From the NCBI GenBank assembly GCA_965198005.1, contig CBDAOI010000004.1:320001-384000 (forward strand): a DNA stretch of 64,000 bases, in the 5' to 3' direction. The notes under the pieces are model-generated. The model worked only from the letters and a program-made list of their open reading frames with translations. It was not told where the DNA came from and ran no database searches. A program made the position numbers and the translations under genes. Origin of the DNA: Spirochaetia bacterium (GTDB taxonomy: Bacteria > Spirochaetota > Spirochaetia > SZUA-6 > Bin103). Positions within the stretch are counted from its first letter, which is position 1. The number at the start of each line of letters is the position of its first letter. This document shows, one piece after another, positions 53,213-61,465 of the stretch.

Positions 53213-53603
53213 ACTTTTTCGAACCGAGAAACAACTAACCGCTCCGGTTGATCGCCGCGTACGCGACCCCGCGCACGCGGGCGCCTTCACCACCGCCGTA
53301 GCTATAGCTATCGGTTGCGCCGGCTCGGTCCATCGCCAAACCGGCATGCGGACCGGCCACGCCCTTCCCGGCGATCGCAACCGTCCCGGATCCCCGCCCG
53401 CGACTGACTGCCGGCAAAACCCACCGCCGGCGTCGCCAGCCATTCAGACTCGCTGCTTCGCCGACTACGACCCCGCGTGGCGTTGTGACGCAGGTCCCGA
53501 CGTCCGCCGAGCGGTGGGCGTTTGCATGATGGGGCGCGCACGCGGATCCCATGTTACGTCAGCCATCTGGCAGGGCACCATGTGCCCCAAGAAGGAGGTG
53601 AAG

Positions 53604-53639
53604 ATGATACTGAAAGAACCGCACGCGCGCGCGGCGTGA
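53604..53639 (+). CDS. putative leader peptide MILKEPHARAA (intron-free site)
   Basis: Perfect SD AAGGAGGTGA. Confidence 0.55.
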   Translation: MILKEPHARAA

Positions 53640-53716
53640 GCCCGGGTGAACCCGGTGAGTCACACGCCGCGCGCATCACAAATTGACTCAGACTGGCCGT
53701 CCGCGTTGGCGGGCGC

Positions 53717-53775
53717 GCCCGCGTTGCGGGCGTCAGAGTAGCCAGGGAGCGGCAATCCGCTCCGCAATACTCTCG
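53717..53775 (+). ncRNA. candidate cis-regulatory RNA motif (copy 3)
   Basis: GCCCGC-GTT-GCGGGC plus AGAGTA...GGAGCGG/CCGCTCC...TACTCT. Confidence 0.6.
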
Positions 53776-53798
53776 AAATAACATTCAAGGAAGAAACG

Positions 53799-55598
53799 AT
53801 GAAGATATTTTTTGCAAGGACCTTCGCGGTTGCGTTGGTCCTAGTTCTGACCGCAACCGGCCTGTGGGCCGGCGGTGGCACAGAAGACGCACCGGCAACC
53901 GCTGCCGACAAGAAGTATGTGACCGACCCCTCCACCGGCAAGGTGGTGGTGGCGCCACAGTACGGCGGGACATTGACCTTTGCCTGGGCGATCGAGCTAG
54001 CACATGCTGACTGCTATTTCTCCCATGTCCCATGTCTGGCCGTCGGTGGCGTTAATGAGAAGCTAGGAATCATGAACTGGGCAATAGATAGGGATGAATT
54101 TTCCTTTGGAAGCACGTACGACCCTCCATTTACCCTAATACCGCACCTGGCGGAAAGCTGGGATATTTCCCCGGACGGCCTCACCTATACCTTCAACATC
54201 CGTAAGGGCGTTAACTGGCACAATAAGCCACCGATGAACGGTCGGGAGTTTACTGCCGAGGACTTCGTATTTAACTGGCATCGTTATGTGGGTCTGGGCA
54301 GCGGCTACACCGAACCTGCTGCCTATTACGCCTCGGCTCCGCCCGTTGTTCTGCCATACGAATCGGTAACGGCCACCGATAAATATACGGTTGTCGTTAA
54401 GCTGACGGAGCCAGCCCCCAAGGCGCTGGATACTATCCTCGACGGCAACGTCTTTTTTCTATACCCCCCCGAGGTAATCAAGGAACACGGGGACGTTAGG
54501 GATTGGAGGAACCTGGTCGGTACCGGGCCCTATATGCTGACTGACTGGGTGGAGGGCAGCTCTATCACCTATAACAAGAATCCTGACTACTGGAAAAACG
54601 ACGAGAAGTACCCGGAGAATCGTCTGCCCTACATTGACGAGTTGCAGCTCTTTTTCATCAAAGAGGAAGCAACACGTCTGGCGGGACTGCGCGCCGGTAG
54701 GATTGATTTACTGGGTTTCCCTACTGATATCACGTCGGTCGACGAGGTTGATAGCCTCCGGAAGACCAACCCTGAAATCGTGCTGCTCCCGTGGTGGGAC
54801 CGTTCGGAAACGTCTTATGGCATTGACGCAAGCAAGCCGCCCTTTGACGACATCAATGTGCGCAAGGCAATGCAGATGGCATTGGACCTCGAGGGCATTG
54901 ACCGCAGCTTCTACAAGGGCGCCGCATTGTGGCAGCCTCAGGGTATGGTAGGGGAAGCTATCAGCGCGTACCACACCCCATTTGAAGAGTGGCCCGAAGA
55001 GGTCAAGAAGGGCTATATGTACGATCCCGCAGGGGCGGAAGCTTTGCTGGATGAGGCCGGATATCCGCGCGGCGCGGACGGCACTCGATTCAAGACCGTG
55101 TTGAACCATTTCTATCGGTTTGATTTAGGCTATAGTGAATTAGCTGCCACCTACTGGGCGGATATTGGCGTTGATGTGGAGATAAACGTATTGGATGAGG
55201 CTAGTGCTCCCGCTGTTCGAACGGAACGTACTTGGGAAGGTCTGATATCTCACGCTCTGGGCAACAATACTGAGCCAGTGGGGGCTATACGCCGCAATGC
55301 ACACTCGACCGGCGACGATAACTTACACCGAGTCGGGTACCCTGAGTTGGACGCCCTTGTTGAAGCCGCCGAAGCCACTACCTCCATCGAAGAGCAGACG
55401 AGGCTGGTTAAAGAGATAGATATGTACATGATGGAGAACCACTGGTGGGTATGGGGTCCTAAAACTGGAAAGTACATGGCGCACCAGCCGTGGGTCATAG
55501 GTTTTAACGGTGAAGTTTGGCTTACAGTACTGGGCCGAATGGAAGTCTTCGCCCGCCTCTGGATTGATAGTGAGCTAAAGGAGGCAATGGGTCGTTAG
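53799..55598 (+). CDS. family 5 ABC substrate-binding protein (SBP5)
   Basis: Same motif set as SBP3. Confidence 0.93.
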   Translation: MKIFFARTFAVALVLVLTATGLWAGGGTEDAPATAADKKYVTDPSTGKVVVAPQYGGTLTFAWAIELAHADCYFSHVPCLAVGGVNEKLGIMNWAIDRDEFSFGSTYDPPFTLIPHLAESWDISPDGLTYTFNIRKGVNWHNKPPMNGREFTAEDFVFNWHRYVGLGSGYTEPAAYYASAPPVVLPYESVTATDKYTVVVKLTEPAPKALDTILDGNVFFLYPPEVIKEHGDVRDWRNLVGTGPYMLTDWVEGSSITYNKNPDYWKNDEKYPENRLPYIDELQLFFIKEEATRLAGLRAGRIDLLGFPTDITSVDEVDSLRKTNPEIVLLPWWDRSETSYGIDASKPPFDDINVRKAMQMALDLEGIDRSFYKGAALWQPQGMVGEAISAYHTPFEEWPEEVKKGYMYDPAGAEALLDEAGYPRGADGTRFKTVLNHFYRFDLGYSELAATYWADIGVDVEINVLDEASAPAVRTERTWEGLISHALGNNTEPVGAIRRNAHSTGDDNLHRVGYPELDALVEAAEATTSIEEQTRLVKEIDMYMMENHWWVWGPKTGKYMAHQPWVIGFNGEVWLTVLGRMEVFARLWIDSELKEAMGR

Positions 55599-55960
55599 TA
55601 TTTGCTGGTTGGCCGGATCGTACTATAACTGATTTCTCGTCACGCCGACGTGACGAGCCCATACTCACGAGGCGGTGATATGGGCTTAGCCAGGCGGGCA
55701 GCAATTGTGGGATGGCGGGCTTATGCCGCCATCCCACAATTATTGATGCCAATTACGAGCTAGAATTGCTCTTGTTAAATCAATGTATTGAAAAATGGCA
55801 ACTTGTTATTCCGGGCGAAGACCCGGAATCCGGAATACGCAACCCTCTGGACTCCCGCTTTCACGGGAATGACGCGGCTTTCAACCCGTAATTCGCATTA
55901 TGGTAAGAAATCGCCGGGAAGAGATTCAGTGCTAGTCCGAAGAATGATGAGGTGTGTCAC

Positions 55961-56527
55961 ATGAGAGCCTATATCATGAGGCGGTTATTGCTGGTAATTC
56001 CCACCCTGTTTATATTGAGTATCATAGTCTTTCTTTCGGTCCGCTTCATCCCGGGGGATGTGATCGACGTAATGGTGGGAAGGATGAAAGGCTACCTTGT
56101 CGGGGGCGATATTGACCGTGAAGCTGTTGAGCGTATGCTGGGATTAGATGTGCCTGTGTACGTGCAGTATGGACGCTGGATAGGGGATATTTTCCTTCGC
56201 GGCACCCTTGGCGAATCACTGCTTGGCTATTGGTCGGTAGAGGAGAGGATACTAGGTAGATTGCCGGTAACCATTGAGCTCGGTGTCCTGGCAATCATCA
56301 TCGGGCTGGTGATCGCGCTGCCGGTGGGCATCTACTCGGCGATTCGCCAGGATACCGCCGTCGACTACGTGGGGCGCTCCATCGCCATCATCGGCCTGGC
56401 AACCCCTAACTTCTGGCTGGCAATTATGGTCATGCTCTACCCGTCAATCTGGTGGGGCTGGGCGCCACAGATGACGCTGATTCCCTTCGCCGAAGACCCG
56501 TTGGGCAATCTCGGGACGGCATGGTAA
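55961..56527 (+). pseudogene. DppB-like permease, 3'-truncated at a junction near 56515
   Basis: MRAYIMRR...DPLGNLG, then runs into the opposite-strand LLM gene. Confidence 0.85.
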
Positions 56528-57242
56528 TGGTCTTGGCGATCTCAGCCGGGTCGCGACCCGCCTTCTCGCAGTGGCGATCGAGCACACCAACCTTGTGACG
56601 ATAGATCTCCATCGACATCCCCTGGCCGGCCCAGCCATCCAGGTTCATCATGTCGCCGTGCAGGGCCAGCGTCTTGAGCGTGCGCTTCTCGCCGGTGCCT
56701 CCCACCAGGATCGGGATGTGCGGTTTCTGGTAGCACCCCGGCGACAGCGGCGCGTCGGCCAGCTGATAGTAGGTGCCCTTGTAGTCGACCGGCCCGTCGG
56801 CGGTAAACAACATGCGGATCAGCTCACACGCTTCCTGGAAGCGGTCTGAGCGTTCGCGCATCGTCGGGAACTCCCAGCCATAAGCTTCGTGCTCGCGCTC
56901 GCACCACGCCGCGCCGAGCGACAGGATGAAGCGGCCCTTGGATGCCTGGTCGAGCGTCGTCGCCATCTTGGCCAGCAGCGCCGGGTTGCGATAGGTGTTG
57001 CCGAGCACCAGGTGGCCCATGCGCAGCCGCTGCGTCATGCCGGCGGCCACCGCGATGAGCGTGTAGCCCTCGAAGGCGGTCTTGTGCTGGTTGGGGCGAT
57101 CGCCCTTCGGCCCGCCCCACGGCGGCATAAAGTGGTCGGCAAACCACACACTATCCCAACTGCCGGCCTCCATCGTTTCGATGGAGGTGCGGATCTGATC
57201 CCACGTAACGTCGTAGCAATTCACTTGTACGCCAAATTTCAT
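56515..57242 (-). pseudogene. LLM-class (F420-dependent-like) oxidoreductase, 3'-truncated
   Basis: SVWFADHF, NTYRNPALLAKMATTLD, PILVGG.GEK.TL. Confidence 0.85.
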
Positions 57243-57437
57243 ATGCGGCGCACGCTATCGTGCCTGGCAGCTTTGCGCAAACTGCGGTGCGTGCGGGCGT
57301 GCGCGGCGTTGGATGCCCTCCAGGCAGCGGGAGCGTTGCTGCCCGGCCCGCTCGAGCGTCCGGTCTTTGGCGGGTCCCGGTCTTTCTGGGGGCCAAACGG
57401 GCGTGCGCGCCGATCAAGAGTGGGCGCGCGCGCCGGC

Positions 57438-57930
57438 TTACGGGACCAGACGTCGTCGTCTCCTCGCCGTCGAGCAACGTCCGCCGGCTAATTCTTGGCC
57501 AGGCGTCTGCCACTCACCGCCCACCGCGACATCGGGATACAGCCCGCTGAGCGCATCGCGCATCTGCTGCGCGGTGAGCTCCCCGGACTCGTCAGTGGCG
57601 CCGAGGATACAGCGGGATCCATTCTTGGCGACGCTGCTGGTGGCCATCAGGCGCTGCGCCTGGCCGATGTCGCGCACGTCGATGACGCTCCACAGAAAGC
57701 CGGGCGCCGCGCCCTCCAGATCCGGGATCGCCTGCCCGAAGGCCAGGCCGGTCCAGCTACCCGAAGCGTCTTGCCCGCTCTGCCCCGACAGCGCCCGGCC
57801 GATCCTCTTCTGCCACACGGCGTCCACCTTGCCCTTGGCATAGGGTGTCTTCTCGACGTTCCACAGCTGCTCGTCGGTGTCGTGGCCACCCCAGTCCTCC
57901 TCGCTAAACTCGTGGCCGCTGGGGTCGGCA
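57438..57930 (-). pseudogene. extended SDR (NAD-dependent epimerase-like) fragment
   Basis: FSEEDW, PYAKGK (YxxxK), VIDVRDIGQA; N-terminus missing. Confidence 0.6.
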
Positions 57931-58025
57931 CCACCGCGCCACCCGCCCGACCAGTGGCCGATTCAGAACGTGTCCCAAGGCCCCTTGTCGTGACGTGGGC
58001 CGTCGCGCGTAGTCCGTCTTGCGCG

Positions 58026-58373
58026 TCAGGTGTTCAGGAAGTTCCGCTCGGAATACGCCTGTGCTGTCGGTGCCGCCTCTCGCAGTACCACCACTTCCTT
58101 ACTGAGGCGTCCCTTCAGTCGTGCTTTCTCGACCTCGAGCACGTAGCGCGTTTGCAGGTTGAGCCAGAAGCGCTCGGTCGTGCCGAAGTAGCGCGCAAGC
58201 CGGAGCGCTGTATCGGCCGTGATCGCCCGCTTGCCATGCACGATCTCGTTGATCCGCCGAGGGGGAACGCTGATGTCCTTCGCAAGCCGATACTGGCTGA
58301 GTTCCATCGGCTCCAGAAACTCCTGTAGCAGGATCTCGCCAGGGTGAATCGGGGGGTGGGCCTTCCTTGCCAT
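58026..58373 (-). CDS. higA: HigA antitoxin
   Basis: PIHPGEIL, SQYRLA, RINEIVHGKRAITADTALRL, FWLNLQ. Confidence 0.92.
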   Translation of the reverse strand: MARKAHPPIHPGEILLQEFLEPMELSQYRLAKDISVPPRRINEIVHGKRAITADTALRLARYFGTTERFWLNLQTRYVLEVEKARLKGRLSKEVVVLREAAPTAQAYSERNFLNT

Positions 58374-58383
58374 GTCTCGCTCC

Positions 58384-58665
58384 TTAATGATAGTCCGTGA
58401 TCTCCACATCGAAGGCGTCGCCCCGGTTCCACCGGAAGCAGATCCGCCACTGATCGTTGATGCGGATGCTGTATTGCCCGACCCGATCTCCTGAGAGCCG
58501 TTCCAAGCGATTCCCGGGGGGTATCCGCAACTCTTCCAATACATCTGCCGCGTCCAGGACCAGAAGTTTCCTGTGCGCTCGGCGCTGCAGATCGGGCGGA
58601 AGCCGCCGCGACGGATCTCGCCGGAACACCTTCTCGGTTTCCGCGTCGCGGAAGCTTCGGATCAC
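58384..58665 (-). CDS. higB: HigB (RelE/ParE) toxin
   Basis: [33 protein letters not shown]. Confidence 0.92.
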   Translation of the reverse strand: MIRSFRDAETEKVFRRDPSRRLPPDLQRRAHRKLLVLDAADVLEELRIPPGNRLERLSGDRVGQYSIRINDQWRICFRWNRGDAFDVEITDYH

Positions 58666-59084
58666 TCACGAATAGTAACGTAGCTTGTTATTATTGTCGA
58701 GCGTTATCGGCGTACCCGGCGGCCTCTAACTCTCGGAGGTCGGTGGTCGATCGAGAACATTCCCAAGTGCTGCGTTGAGCCGACGGGCTGACGGCCGCGA
58801 AGTTTCCTGGTCGCGCCACTTATGCAACGGTTCGAGATTCCTCACCAGCGTCCACCGTCGTAGTAAACTAACGAGTATCCCGCTGGGACGGACCTGGCTG
58901 ATGTGTTACTCAGAGAGTGCCGGACAGGCGGCATCGACGACAGCTGACCGGTTCGGTCAGCGGGTTCCATGACTCGGCGCTGGTGAGCGTGATGGTGCAC
59001 GTGACTCCGGACGCGCCCAATCGCCCGCGCCCTCCATGGCGCGGGAACGCCTGTGTTGGGCCCCATGGACGGGGCCCACGAACG

Positions 59085-59420
59085 GACGACACGTCAGTCG
59101 TGTGAAGAGTCACTTCGCCGACTCGGTCTGCGGTGCAAGATGATGCGCCGACAAAATGATGCCAGGCGCTGCTTCGAGCTGACCGGCCAAGTCACGCCCA
59201 TCCACAGCCCGGCGCTCGTTGACCTGGTCGGGCGCGTTCCGGGCGCGCCTCCGGAGCAGCCAACGGGCTCCCAGCCCACGACGTCCCTGTCGCGGGCCGG
59301 GAGCTACATGCCACCCGTGGGGCCATGGAGGGTGCCTCGGGTGGAGGTCACCGTTCACCCGGTGTGATACCGCGGGACGTGCCGGTCTCCGGCGCGAACT
59401 TCGTTCGCGCACAGCCACGG
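59085..59420 (-). repeat. dispersed repeat family B (copy 3)
   Basis: Inverted homology to 51845-52147; includes GCGCGAACTTCGTTCGCGC. Confidence 0.8.
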
Positions 59421-59449
59421 GTCCACGGGTCCACGGGATCCACGGGTCG

Positions 59450-60075
59450 GCGCTGTTGACAGGGTGGCCGCGCTCGCGAGAGAGTGCACCGTTAGGAGTT
59501 CGGCGAATGCGGATGATGCGCCACGACGACCGCCAGCGCAGTGAAGGGCTGAGGTGCGCAAGTTCAGCCGATCACAGAGCCGGGCGTGGCAAGGTGCACC
59601 ATGCCAGAATCGCTGTTGACTTTTTCTGACATTCGGGTTGATCAGCGCAGTGGCCGGTCGGCGGTCACGGTCGGTGACCTCGGTGACCTCCGAGTCGTTG
59701 ACAGGGTGGTCGCGTCCATAGCAAGCTTGCCTCGCTTGGGGTTCGACGGATCGATGATGACGCGCCATGACGACAGTCAGCGCAGTGACCGGTTGGCGGT
59801 GACGTTCGGTGACCGCCGAGTCGTTGACAGTGCGCCGCGCCTATGCTAGCGTGCCTCGCTTGGGGCGACGGATGCCGATGAAGCGCCATGATGACAGTCA
59901 GCGCAGTGACGGGTTGCCGGTGACCTTCGCTCACCCCGGTGACCCCCACGAGTCGTTGACGGCGCGCCGCGCCTATGCTAGCGTGCCTCACTTGGGGTTC
60001 GACGGATGCCGATGAAGCGCCATGATAACAGTCAGCGCAGTAGCCGGTTGGCGGTGACGCAGCCGATGTACCCCC
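59450..60075 (+). repeat. leader repeat array (4-5 units) ending in TA(C)5
   Basis: TTGAC at 59456, 59616, 59698, 59824, 59956. Confidence 0.9.
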
Positions 60076-60278
60076 TAACCGCTCGGGCTGATCGCCCCGT
60101 ACGCGACCCCGCGCACACCGTCGCCTTCACCACCGCCGTAGCTATCGGTGGCGCCCGCTCGGTCCATCGCCGAACCGGCATGCTGGCCGCCCGCGTCCTT
60201 CCAGGCGACCGCAACCGTCCCGGATCCCCGCCCGCGACTAACTGCGCGCAAAACCCACCGCCTGCGTTGGCGGCCATT

Positions 60279-61124
60279 CAGGAGGTTGCCCTCCAGGTCC
60301 CTGCCGTACTGGCGCTTCCGCCACGTCACCCGGTCCACCCCCGGCGCGGCTTCCCGCTTGAGGCTGAAGTACGCCTCCCGGAGCATCGCGGGGTTGTCGA
60401 CGTGGTGCATGAGCGCGGTGAACCGCAGCGTCCTATCCCGTCGCGCTGCTTGACGTATCCGCTCCAGCGCACTGTGCACGCCATATTGCCGGCGCGGTGT
60501 CCGGGGCGCGTTTTGCTGGCGCGGATTCCCTTTGGCCAGGCCCCTTTCCTCCGCCCGCTCCGCGGCCCGAGGACTACCGGCCGGCGTGGCCGTAGGTGCT
60601 CCCTTGGCTGTGTCCGGCGTTTCCGCCTGCGTGCCCGTGTAGGGTTCACCATAGCCGCGCCGCCTGCGGCAGCTCCCGTCCTTGTTCGCGGGTTTCCCAG
60701 GTACCCCGCAGGGCGGCCGCCAGGCCGGGGGCCTGTCCGACTTCCCAGCTCCGTTCATCGTCGGCGTACGTCCTTGGACTTCCCGACACGGCCTGCGGCG
60801 CCATCCGCCACAGGCGAAGCTGGGATCTCCCGGCTCCCGCGCAAGGTGTTTCCGTACGTGCCCGGGGTCTGTGACCGCGCAGGGTCCCGTGGCGCCTCGC
60901 GATATCGGCGCCCCGAGTGTGGCCTTCCGCGTCCTCCTACAGCGTCGGCACCCCGAAGTAATCTCCTTTCGCGGCTCGATACCCGGCCCGCACGTACCCC
61001 TGTCAACGCTTCACCCCCGCCCTCGCGGGCGACGGCGCATGACTCGGGGCCGCCGTGGGTCGCTAACCCTTCGACGTATGACTCTTTCATTCACAACAAC
61101 CTTGCCGGTTTTTTGCCGGCGCAC
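60279..61124 (-). mobile_element. group II intron 3 (sister of intron 2), 3' part deleted
   Basis: GTGCGCC start at 61124 abutting AGGAGGTG; highly similar to 39538-40352. Confidence 0.9.
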
Positions 61125-61135
61125 AGGAGGTGAAG

Positions 61136-61171
61136 ATGATACTGAAAGAACCGCACGCGCGCGCGGCGTGA
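61136..61171 (+). CDS. putative leader peptide MILKEPHARAA
   Basis: SD AGGAGGTGA; fourth copy. Confidence 0.55.
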   Translation: MILKEPHARAA

Positions 61172-61251
61172 GCCCGGGTGAACCCGGATGAGTCACACGC
61201 CGCGCGCTTCCGAGAACTTGACTCAGACTGGCAGCCCGCTCTGGCGGGCGC

Positions 61252-61440
61252 GCCCGCGTTGCGGGCCCGAGAGTAGCCAGGGAGCGACAACGCGCCCCGC
61301 AATACTCTCGAGATAACATTCAAGGAAGAAACGATGAAGATACTGCGATTTAGGGTTCGAGGTTGTCGCCCCTGTTTCGTCGCCTGCATTGCAGGCGTGA
61401 GAGTAGGCAGGGAGCGGCAAATCGCTAAGCAATACTCTCA
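61252..61440 (+). ncRNA. candidate cis-regulatory RNA motif, tandem copies 4 (61252-61310) and 5 (61381-61440)
   Basis: Copy 5 shows compensatory changes CGCCTGC-ATT-GCAGGCG and TGAGAGTA/TACTCTCA. Confidence 0.65.
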
Positions 61441-61465
61441 AAATGAGCAATAAGGAGAAAAAAGA

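Noticed and set aside
58720-58782. Possible attC site (CTCTAAC...GTTGAGC) upstream of higB
   Set aside because: The interior is not palindromic, the inverse core is imperfect and there is no integron integrase in the window.
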